Part shown: in pieces, positions 9,624-17,471 of the stretch | Position numbering within the stretch: the first letter of the stretch is position 1 | How the letters are laid out: the number at the start of each line of letters is the position of its first letter | Source of the DNA: Sedimentisphaera cyanobacteriorum | GTDB taxonomy: Bacteria > Planctomycetota > Phycisphaerae > Sedimentisphaerales > Sedimentisphaeraceae | DNA: 32,000 bases | Assembly: GCF_001997385.1 (NCBI RefSeq) | Contig: NZ_CP019633.1 | Location: 2,910,001-2,942,000 of the forward strand | Direction: 5' to 3' | Made by a program: the position numbers and the translations under genes | The notes under the pieces: generated by a model | What the model saw: the letters and a program-made list of their open reading frames with translations, nothing else | Told to the model about the DNA's origin: nothing | Database searches by the model: none

Positions 9624-10435
9624 GATTCCGGCGTGTTTGCAATCTTCTTCTTATACGAAAGCACAATCCCGCTGAGCACCAAATCCTCCACGAAATTATC
9701 AACAAACTCGCATTCGTCTTTGAAAAGCTCCGCTGCTGCTCCGGTTACGACAGTCTGCGGCCAGCTGCCAAGCTCCTCGGCAAATTTGCGCACTGAATAC
9801 TCAAGAAAGCCCGCTGCCATATAGAAAACGCCGTTGTTCACCGCCTGCTCTGTATTCACTCCCACAGGCAGCGCAGGCTGCTGAACCTCCAACTCAGGAA
9901 GCTTCGCTGTTTCGCTGCTCAGCGCACGAACGCAAACCTGCGGGCCAGGGGCGATTGCACCGCCGAGAAAATTGCCCTCCCCGTCCACAGCATCCACTGT
10001 TAGCGCAGTGCCGATATCGACCACAACAACCGGGCCCTGAGCTACTATATACGCCGCTGCTGCCGCCATCACGCGGTCAACGCCGGTGTCCGCGGGGAAT
10101 TCGGTGTTGAGCTTTATCGGAAGGTCAACATCCTTGCCCAGCCCCACCTCCAGCGGCTTCTCGTCCAGCTGTTCAAGGCAGATTTGCCGGAAGCTTTCTG
10201 TCCATTCAGGCTTAACGCTCGAGAATACGATAACGCCCTCCTTTTTGCCCTCTGTGGAGCGGCTTGCAACGGGAAGTTTCTCCCAGCATTGCACGAGAGC
10301 CTCGCAGAGAGCATCTGAATCGCTGCCGTTCACGCTTATAGAAGGCTGCCTGTCTGAATCTATAAAAAGCCCGAACTTGATATTTGAATTGCCTATGTCA
10401 ACCGCAAGAATATTCATAATATTATCTTTACCCAA
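9620..10435 (-). CDS. coaX: type III pantothenate kinase
   Basis: ASKHA motifs AVDIGNSNIKFGLF, VVVDIGTALTVD, GGAIAPG. The track start at 10435 is TTG. The ATG at 10415-10417 (MNILAVDIGNS) is an equally plausible start. Confidence 0.85.
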   Translation of the reverse strand: MGKDNIMNILAVDIGNSNIKFGLFIDSDRQPSISVNGSDSDALCEALVQCWEKLPVASRSTEGKKEGVIVFSSVKPEWTESFRQICLEQLDEKPLEVGLGKDVDLPIKLNTEFPADTGVDRVMAAAAAYIVAQGPVVVVDIGTALTVDAVDGEGNFLGGAIAPGPQVCVRALSSETAKLPELEVQQPALPVGVNTEQAVNNGVFYMAAGFLEYSVRKFAEELGSWPQTVVTGAAAELFKDECEFVDNFVEDLVLSGIVLSYKKKIANTPES

Positions 10436-10522
10436 AAGAGATGTACATTTTGTGTGCTAAACCGAACAAAAGCATAACAAATCAGACTGTCTTGTCAACT
10501 TTACCGCCCCAACGATGCGCAT

Positions 10523-10548
10523 AAAAAAAGGCTGCACAGAGAGCAGCC
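10523..10548 (-). terminator. intrinsic terminator downstream of ORF 10583-10795
   Basis: Minus strand shows a ggctgc / gcagcc stem (10548-10543 / 10535-10530) with a 7-nt loop, followed by a U-run (plus-strand A-run at 10523-10529). Confidence 0.6.
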
Positions 10549-10582
10549 CTAACTTGAAACTAACACTTCTGGAGGAACAAAT

Positions 10583-10795
10583 TCAAGAGCGGCTAAGCCA
10601 GTCCTCTTTTCCTACAATCTGATTGCTGAGCCATCCCCAATTATCAGGGAAGCTGCTCTCTTCCATATTCAGAATATCGCTTTCCATTATTTCCGATTCT
10701 ATTATTTTTGTAATATTAGAATACTCCCTTTTTTCAGATTGATTACTGAAAAAAGATTCAAGTTTTTCCCTGAGCTCTTTTTTATCATCTTTCAT
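10583..10795 (-). CDS. small acidic hypothetical protein (70 aa)
   Basis: ORF lies immediately downstream of the disrupted peptidase gene and is followed by a terminator. No recognisable motif. Confidence 0.45.
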   Translation of the reverse strand: MKDDKKELREKLESFFSNQSEKREYSNITKIIESEIMESDILNMEESSFPDNWGWLSNQIVGKEDWLSRS

Positions 10796-10813
10796 AATTA
10801 ACTTCCCACATAA

Positions 10814-11613
10814 TTAACTTCCCAAGTTATTCCTGTATTGAGAGAAATCGTTTAAGCCCTTATGAAGCTTCTCTTCGCCAACTACATACATTTCACTTCT
10901 AACACGGCAGTAAATTATATGCTCTTCTTTGCCTCCGGATGTTGCATTTATTACAATTTCGCCCATGCATTTACCATTCTTATACTGGTCTTGGGTGGAA
11001 AATTCCATCACCCAAACAAAATGCGGCATACTGATATTGCTTACGCTTGATTCAAGAAAGTCGTTCGAAGATACACTTTCCTTTCTCTTGACTTTCTTAA
11101 AGGAACTGCCGCTGGTTAGAAAAAACCTTGTAACAAAAGGTTTATATTTATCAAGGTTAAATTTTTCGATTAGCTTAGTCAAGCTTATTTTTGCTATTTT
11201 TCTCGCCTGTTTTGCTGGTAAAAAAGCCTTTTCCGGCAGCGGACAAACCGCTGTTTTTATGGATTTTATAGACTTTTCGGGCTGGTAGAAATTTCCTGAA
11301 TTATCTTCAGAGCCTTTATAACCTAATTCGCTGTAAGGAAACAGATTATCATCCATAATCACAAAGCTTTTCAAATATTGCGAGCTGTCTATAAAACCCT
11401 TTTCGGAGGGCTTAACATCTGCGCTGTAGTCTATTGTGTGCCCGATAAGAGCTGCAACATGTCCGCCAATAGATGCTAAAGCCGGAATTCCTGATTCAAC
11501 ATATGAATACAAGTTTTCAAAATTACCTTTCCAGCCCAGATTGTCATCCATATAAATTATAAGCGGATGGCATCCAAATTCTGAAAGGATATGAGAGTAA
11601 TCGTTGTAGTTAG
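10814..11613 (-). pseudogene. C-terminal part of a papain-like cysteine peptidase gene split by an IS5-family insertion
   Basis: The frame is open upstream of the annotated ATG (…NYNDYSHILSEFGCHPLIIYMDDNLGWKG…) right up to the IS junction. It contains the His-type motif SIGGHVAALIGHT followed by VIMDDN. Confidence 0.6.
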
Positions 11614-13146
11614 TCGCCCCTGAAAAAGTTTTAAATTTTCCTTAAATTCTTTTCTGATAATGGTTTATATGATTGAAAAGCTTTCGAGATATGGTATAAT
11701 ATTGCAAGTGTTTATCTTACATCTATCAAAACATTGCAATATTGGGACAAAATAATGAAGGCAAAAAACAATAAAGCAGGCTTACTCTTTCAGCAGCCAT
11801 TAAAACCTCTTGTAAATCCTGATCACTCTTTAGTCCAACTCTCAGAGGTTGTCAACTGGTCTCGCTTTGAAGAAAAGTTTGGCAGTTTATACAGTCCTGA
11901 TTCAGGCAGGCCGGCCAAGCCGATTCGCCTGATGGTCGGCCTTCAGTATCTCAAGTACACTTTCAATCTCAGCGATGAAGCAATCGTTGCCGGCTGGGTT
12001 GAGAATCCTTACTGGCAGTATTTCTGCGGCGAAAGATACTTCCAGCACGAGCCTCCTATTGATCCAACCAGTATGACTAAGTGGCGTAATAAGGTAAAAT
12101 CTGATGGTCTTGAAGAGCTGCTCGAAGAAACTATCAAAGCCGGCTTGAAGCTTAAGGTTATCAAAAAGAACGATTTCAACAAGCTCGTTGCAGATACAAC
12201 CGTTCAGCAGAAGAACATCACTTATCCGACCGACGCAAAACTCTGCCACAAACTGCGCATTAAGCTTGTAGATCTTGCAAAAGCATCAAAACTCCAACTT
12301 CGCCAAAGCTACGAAAGGGTTGGGAAAAGGGCGTATGTAATGCAGGGCAGGTATCGACGTGCAAGACAGTTCAAAAGAGCTAAAAAAGAAGTGAAGAAAT
12401 TAAGGAACTACCTGCGGCGAATTACGAAAGAGGTCGAGCGGAATATAGCAGGCAATGAGCAGTTAAGAATAATTTTTGATACATTGCTTCAAGCCGCTAA
12501 GAAGCTTTTAGCCCAGACAAAGAAAAGCAAAAATAAACTCTACAGTATTCACGAACCTCACGTCTGCTGCATTGGGAAAGGCAAAAGCCACAAGAAATAT
12601 GAGTTTGGAAATAAGGTTGGAATTGTAACTACTGCCAAGAATAATTTTATCGTAGGAGCGTTGGGCTTTGAAGGAAACCCTTATGATGGCCATACTCTTC
12701 GGGCTAATCTGAAGCAGACAATGAATTTAATCGGGAGAGAAAAGCTTGGAGATGTTTATGTTGATGGAGGATACAAGAAACATGGCTGCGAAGATATTGG
12801 AAATGTTGAAATTGTAGAAAAGGGCTGGCGAAAAAAGAAACGAAGTATCAAGAGGTGGATTAAGAGAAGATCGAGCATAGAACCAACGATAGGCCACCTC
12901 AAAGAAGACAACAGGTTGGGAAGAAACTTCTTGAAAGGTGTAGAAGGGGACAAAATGAACGCCCTCGGCAGCGCTTTTGGGTACAATATGCGTAAACTTC
13001 TAAAGAAGTTTACTTTTGCCTATATTTTTATGCTTAAAATTATTGAATTTTACAGAAATTTGGCAATGAAAAGCAAATTAAAGACTCGATTAGCCTGATA
13101 TATTTTTTTAGTTTCCCCAAAATCATTGATTTTTCAGGAACGACTA
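11612..13146 (+). mobile_element. IS5-family insertion sequence (about 1.53 kb)
   Basis: Imperfect terminal inverted repeats: (a)gtcgCCCCTGAAAAAg at about 11612 and its counterpart atTTTTCAGGaacgac(t) ending at about 13146. Flanked by TTAG (11610-11613) and CTAG (13144-13147), which resembles the YTAR target typical of IS5-group elements. Exact ends uncertain by 1-3 nt. Confidence 0.8.
11755..13098 (+). CDS. IS5-family DDE transposase
   Basis: N-terminal SGRPAKPIRLMVGLQYLKYTFNLSDE. DDE-type segments VADTTVQQKNITYPTDAKL, VYVDGGY, IEPTIGHLKEDNRLGRNFLKG. The ATG at 11755 is preferred over the track's TTG at 11734. Confidence 0.9.
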   Translation: MKAKNNKAGLLFQQPLKPLVNPDHSLVQLSEVVNWSRFEEKFGSLYSPDSGRPAKPIRLMVGLQYLKYTFNLSDEAIVAGWVENPYWQYFCGERYFQHEPPIDPTSMTKWRNKVKSDGLEELLEETIKAGLKLKVIKKNDFNKLVADTTVQQKNITYPTDAKLCHKLRIKLVDLAKASKLQLRQSYERVGKRAYVMQGRYRRARQFKRAKKEVKKLRNYLRRITKEVERNIAGNEQLRIIFDTLLQAAKKLLAQTKKSKNKLYSIHEPHVCCIGKGKSHKKYEFGNKVGIVTTAKNNFIVGALGFEGNPYDGHTLRANLKQTMNLIGREKLGDVYVDGGYKKHGCEDIGNVEIVEKGWRKKKRSIKRWIKRRSSIEPTIGHLKEDNRLGRNFLKGVEGDKMNALGSAFGYNMRKLLKKFTFAYIFMLKIIEFYRNLAMKSKLKTRLA

Positions 13147-13797
13147 GTTAAGTCCTTGATAAGGCATTTTTCTGCCGTGCACGTCAAGCGAATAAGAGAT
13201 CAGCTCAGAAGGCAGCATCTCTTTGTACGCAGAATACCTCTGAGAAAGATATCGGCATACTGTCCAAAGGCAGGTATGAGCGCAGGTTGCTGCTTCAATA
13301 TCCTGAGAACTGTAGGGGAAACCGTTTATACTGAATTCTGCACCGTTCAGGTTAGTTTTGAATTCCGTTCTAAGGCAGAAGAAATTATCCTTGCCAATAA
13401 CCTTGGAGGGAGCAAAAACTGTTCTTCCAATACTCCTGCCGGGAATTGGCCTTATCACACTGCAGCCAAGATAACCTTACTGATATTCCTCCGGCTCAAG
13501 AATAAGAGCAACCTGATTTACATTTTCGGCAAAAAAGTGTATTCTTTCACAGTATGGAGAAGGAACTTTAAACTTTTTAGAATAATAATTGCTGAAAAGG
13601 TCTCTATAGTCTTTGCAGATATATCTCGGTTCAACAACAATGTCTTTGGCCAAATTTTTCAGACCAGATTTCAATAAATTCAGTCCCCAAGAGTAGTGTT
13701 TGTTTGTTAAAATAGAGGCCTGCTGTCTTATCAGCACATCCCATATATCTGAGCCTTCGTCTTCATTTATTATTTTTAACGGATTAAAGTATTTCAC
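13144..13797 (-). pseudogene. N-terminal part of the papain-like cysteine peptidase gene, with an in-frame TAA
   Basis: ORFs 13477-13797 and 13144-13458 share one frame, separated by TAA at 13477-13479 (…PEEYQ*GYLGCSVIRPIPGR…). Candidate nucleophile context is QDIEAATCAHTCLW. The frame stops at the TAG created at the IS5 junction. Confidence 0.6.
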
Positions 13798-13990
13798 TGA
13801 ACCGCCATAAACTTAAACACTAATATTGTAATCACATTATAGTTTGCAGAATATTGACAATCAAGCTTTTAAAGGAAGGTTTTGCAGTTTTGAGCGGGCG
13901 GATGGAGAAATTTCTCAAAATCTTGGCAAAAATGCTTGAAAGATGCAAACTTTTCATTAGAATTCTTCACTCTTGCTGAAATTCAGCTTC

Positions 13991-14063
<73 letters not shown>

Positions 14064-14080
14064 CTTATACTACAGATGAA

Positions 14081-14129
14081 CCCTTGGGAGCTTTAATAAC
14101 CCTTTCTTGAAGCTCTCAGGGGCTTTTTT
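14081..14129 (+). terminator. intrinsic terminator after tRNA-Phe
   Basis: 13-bp stem, cccttgggagctt (14081-14093) pairing with aagctctcagggg (14110-14122) including wobbles, followed by cTTTTTT (14123-14129). Confidence 0.55.
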
Positions 14130-14175
14130 ATTTCCTCCAGCATTTCCCGAATCTTCGCTTCCATCGTTCGCTTGA

Positions 14176-14589
14176 GTTCGCTTACAAACGCCTGCGAGGG
14201 CGAGCCTCGAGCAGCTGCGGCTGGACTATGAGGATTTTCTCAGGCAGCGGGGGATGGAGGAATGGAAGAGAGCAAACCCACTTCGTGAGGAGCTTGTCGC
14301 CAAGCGGCTGAAAAACGCTGATGAAGCGGCTATTTGGATAGCAAAGGTTAAAAAGAGGTCTGGACACTGTGGACAGGCTGGATAGCGTGAATTAAATCCC
14401 GAGTCCACCTTGTCTTCCGAGTCTTACAGGGAGCTGGCCTTTTTGAGCGCTAATTCCGCTATCACCCTTATAAACATTGCCTGCGGCCTTCTCCGGAAAC
14501 AAATCAATTCACTCGCCGAAGCGTTTGAATACGAAGGCGGATTCACTGAAAGACTCTACGCAGCGAGAAAGAAGAACAGAGACTCATGA
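14176..14589 (+). pseudogene. 5'-truncated, frameshifted remnant of a four-helix-bundle (suffix-domain type) protein gene
   Basis: Frame 2 reads ...ARASLEQLRLDYEDFLRQRGMEEWK...* . Frame 1 then reads ...ELAFLSANSAITLINIACGLLRKQINSLAEAFEYEGGFTERLYAARKKNRDS*. The LDYEDFLRQRG and EGGFTERLY segments match my recollection of this family. No N-terminal part and no start codon. Confidence 0.5.
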
Positions 14590-14611
14590 AGCCCCCTCGC
14601 ATTTGACGGCA

Positions 14612-15474
14612 ATCTACGACAGTAGAAATTTTATAAGGCCTTTAGACATCATCAGGGTTATCTCGTGCGCCCAATCTACGACAGTAGAAATTTTATAAGG
14701 CCTTTAGACTTCACCTAAATGAGCCAATTCAGGCCAAATCTACGACAGTAGAAATTTTATAAGGCCTTTAGACGAGAATTATATACTCCTGATTTTTTAT
14801 ATCTACGACAGTAGAAATTTTATAAGGCCTTTAGACAATAAACACTTGATATTCTGGAGCGGTGTATCTACGACAGTAGAAATTTTATAAGGCCTTTAGA
14901 CACTTTCGTGAGAAAACCTTAATCACCTTTATCTACGACAGTAGAAATTTTATAAGGCCTTTAGACGTACCCCGTGAACTTCTTTAGCGTATATCTACGA
15001 CAGTAGAAATTTTATAAGGCCTTTAGACAAGGTGATAGTCGTTGACCCTGTAACATCTACGACAGTAGAAATTTTATAAGGCCTTTAGACCACATCCCAT
15101 AACAGAAAGGCAAGAAAATCTACGACAGTAGAAATTTTATAAGGCCTTTAGACGACAGCGGTCGTAAACATCTGTTTGGCGAATCTACGACAGTAGAAAT
15201 TTTATAAGGCCTTTAGACGCTTGAATTTCTTCTTCGTTTTTTGGAATCTACGACAGTAGAAATTTTATAAGGCCTTTAGACTTAGACGCCGCACCGAGCG
15301 ACGAGGGCAAGGGATCTACGACAGTAGAAATTTTATAAGGCCTTTAGACAATCTTTGTATTCGGCAGTAGGTTTATATCTACGACAGTAGAAATTTTATA
15401 AGGCCTTTAGACGTTGATTACAAAATCGGCAAATACGGATCTACGACAGTAGAAATTTTATAAGGCCTTTAGAC
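14612..15474 (-). CRISPR. CRISPR array of 14 identical 36-nt repeats and 13 spacers (type V-A-like repeat)
   Basis: Repeat on the minus strand is GTCTAAAGGCCTTATAAAATTTCTACTGTCGTAGAT. Plus-strand repeat starts: 14612, 14674, 14738, 14801, 14866, 14931, 14993, 15055, 15118, 15183, 15246, 15314, 15377, 15439. Spacer lengths in that order: 26, 28, 27, 29, 29, 26, 26, 27, 29, 27, 32, 27, 26. The leader-proximal end is at 15474. Confidence 0.98.
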
Positions 15475-15569
15475 GCTAATTCAAAAAATCTTTTCATAAA
15501 ACCGCTCTCAGAGCATTTAATCAAGGATTTGACAAATGTATTTAATAAGCTGAGCCTCATATCAGAACT

Positions 15570-15598
15570 ATTATACAAATTAAGACTGAGGTTTGCAA
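15570..15598 (-). promoter_or_regulatory. near-consensus sigma70-like promoter in the CRISPR leader
   Basis: Minus strand reads TTGCAA (15598-15593), a 17-nt spacer, then TATAAT (15575-15570). It lies about 95 nt upstream of the first repeat, within the AT-rich 144-nt leader (15475-15618). Confidence 0.5.
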
Positions 15599-15618
15599 GG
15601 CTGCTTTCGGAAGAAAAA

Positions 15619-15894
15619 TCATTCGACAACGATAACATCTTTGTCGTCATTAACTGCATATCCATAGCAGTATTTTCTGCATTGTTTGCTCAGATGGAAA
15701 ATAATAACGCTGTCGGTTTGAGAAAATTTCTTGCCGAACTCATTCTCAATTTCGCTGCATACAGTTTCAAGGATTCGTTTACTGTTTTTAATTTGAAACA
15801 CTGAGTATTGAAGTCTGAAGCCGAATTTTGAGAGATATTTGGCAAATCTGGTTCTCAGCTTGTCATTTGATATATCGTAGGATACTATAAGCAA
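15619..15894 (-). CDS. cas2: CRISPR-associated endoribonuclease Cas2
   Basis: 91 aa. MLIVSYDISNDKLRTRFAKYLSKFGFRLQYSVFQ is the classic Cas2 N-terminus. Position is between cas1 and the array. Confidence 0.93.
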   Translation of the reverse strand: MLIVSYDISNDKLRTRFAKYLSKFGFRLQYSVFQIKNSKRILETVCSEIENEFGKKFSQTDSVIIFHLSKQCRKYCYGYAVNDDKDVIVVE

Positions 15895-15905
15895 TTTTAA
15901 TCCTC

Positions 15906-16865
15906 CTAAAGTTCAAATGTTGGAAATTCTTCTGCCTTCTTATCACGCATAAATGCCCTGTAATAACTCTGCACATACTTAAACATTTCCTCCTTTCTCC
16001 CAAGAACAGTTTCAATCAGCCATAGAGAATAAGGGACTGCCGCTTTGCCGAAAATTCTGTACTGATAATTTCGAACAGTGAAATCATCAATTTTAACCTG
16101 CCCTAAGGAGAAGGCCTTTCTTATTCTAAGGTCTATTATCGGTCTGAACGGCTCTACAAGGTCGCATACAAGAGATTTTCTTTGATAAAACTGTTTGTGA
16201 TAAACTCCCTGATAAAGATCAAAGCCGTAGAGACAGAGCATACCTTCAATGACGTTGAACAGATAAGTATAGCCTATATCAAGAAGGCAGTTAGCGGGGT
16301 CTTGCTTCACGCGCGGCCTTCTTGCCTTCCATTCAATATGACTAAAGACTGCAGAAAAATAGGATCTTGCTGCAGCTCCTTCAATCCCTAAAAGGCTTTG
16401 GTTCTCTGAGGTGGTTTTTATCTGTTCTTTGAGCTCTTTCAAATCCTGAACAGTTTTTTGTTTTTTCTCATCAGCAGATCTAATCGTCTTTATTGCAGAA
16501 ATTTGATTTGATATTTTGTTTTCTACTATCTGTTTTGCCAGTTCTAAACCGTTGTATGAATACTGCTTTTTTCTCAAAAGCACATTACCCTCAGCAGGCG
16601 AAGATAACACTTGGTAAACTCTCAAGCTGTGGTTCATCAGCACTATGCTGAAACCAAATTTTTCTGCTCTTGCAACAAGCCCGCTTGTCAAGGTTGTGTG
16701 CCCGGCAATAAACAAAGCAAAAAGCCTGTAGCAGGTGGACTGGTGCTTGATTTGGCCCTCTTTGTTTTTGATTATTACGTTATCATTTTTGAAGCTCAGC
16801 TTTTCGCCGCTTCGGAGCATTGCAAAAATTATTTGTTTCTCTTTGAAATCCGGCAGTGTCAGCAT
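15906..16865 (-). CDS. cas1: CRISPR-associated integrase Cas1
   Basis: 319 aa. Size, position and Cas1-like segments: GIEGAAARSYF, DPANCLLDIGYTYL, HKQFYQRKSLVCDLVEPFRPIID. Overlaps cas4 by 7 nt. Confidence 0.9.
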   Translation of the reverse strand: MLTLPDFKEKQIIFAMLRSGEKLSFKNDNVIIKNKEGQIKHQSTCYRLFALFIAGHTTLTSGLVARAEKFGFSIVLMNHSLRVYQVLSSPAEGNVLLRKKQYSYNGLELAKQIVENKISNQISAIKTIRSADEKKQKTVQDLKELKEQIKTTSENQSLLGIEGAAARSYFSAVFSHIEWKARRPRVKQDPANCLLDIGYTYLFNVIEGMLCLYGFDLYQGVYHKQFYQRKSLVCDLVEPFRPIIDLRIRKAFSLGQVKIDDFTVRNYQYRIFGKAAVPYSLWLIETVLGRKEEMFKYVQSYYRAFMRDKKAEEFPTFEL

Positions 16866-17449
16866 AATGACAAATCACATAAAGGTTGATATATACAGTT
16901 CTTGCATTTTTTGGGATTAGGGGTAAAAGATTCTGAAAGGTCATAAGAATTGATTTTATCAATAGTGTTTTCAAATTTTTTCAGCATTTCAGGGTTGTTT
17001 TCCGGAAGTTCAATAGGGTATGTTTTGTTGTCCTGCATACTGTAAAATTGAATTTTTTGAACTAGATACCCCATTTCTCTCAGTCCGAAATACTGAGCAT
17101 AAAGCTGAAAACAGTATCCATCGTAAATGTTTTTTATTTTTCTCTTTCTTTCAGCCAGAGTGTGGCTGTCGATATAGTATATATCGATTTTTCCGCAGAG
17201 CCCGTATTTTCGGCAGAAAATCTCGGTGCCTTGCAGCACATTTCTCCTTGAGGTGTATTTTCTCGAATCTATAGCTTTGTGGGAAGCCTTACCGAGAACC
17301 TGCGGCCTATCCTGATAAAGTCGGGTATCTCGCCTGCCGAAGAGCTGATGGAAATATATAGACCTCGGACAGAATATAAAATCGTTAAGAAAAGAGATTT
17401 GAATATAATCTTCCATATAATCTGCTCCTAGAAAGTCTAAGGCGGGCAT
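16859..17449 (-). CDS. cas4: CRISPR-associated RecB-like exonuclease Cas4
   Basis: 196 aa. N-terminal Cys (FIFCPRSIYF) plus a C-terminal CKNCIYQPLCD cluster, the four-Cys Fe-S pattern of Cas4. Located between the effector gene and cas1. Confidence 0.85.
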   Translation of the reverse strand: MPALDFLGADYMEDYIQISFLNDFIFCPRSIYFHQLFGRRDTRLYQDRPQVLGKASHKAIDSRKYTSRRNVLQGTEIFCRKYGLCGKIDIYYIDSHTLAERKRKIKNIYDGYCFQLYAQYFGLREMGYLVQKIQFYSMQDNKTYPIELPENNPEMLKKFENTIDKINSYDLSESFTPNPKKCKNCIYQPLCDLSLC

Positions 17450-17471
17450 AGAACCCGCCTTTTATCAATCA

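Noticed and set aside
9111-9824. 237-aa plus-strand ORF overlapping the GTPase and coaX genes. Similar antisense ORFs occur at 24649-25332 and 26461-27075, and minus-strand ORFs at 31042-31732 lie inside fic.
   Set aside because: All are antisense shadows of genes that carry clear family motifs. None has recognisable motifs of its own.
7987-13479. Two accessory genes each have an in-frame TAA directly after a Gln codon (caa taa at 7987-7989, cag taa at 13477-13479). I considered stop-codon reassignment or programmed readthrough of TAA.
   Set aside because: TAA is clearly used as a genuine terminator in well-conserved genes here: mutS ends …DASE-TAA at 2934, and the methyltransferase at 6687 also ends in TAA. 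The same peptidase gene is also hit by an IS. Ordinary nonsense mutations in decaying genes are the simpler explanation. This can only be settled with read data and homolog comparison.
14477-15804. ORFs 14477-14698 (+), 15441-15665 (-) and 15529-15804 (+) from the six-frame track.
   Set aside because: The first runs into CRISPR repeats. The others lie in the leader or antisense to cas2. They have no RBS or motif support and are translation artefacts.
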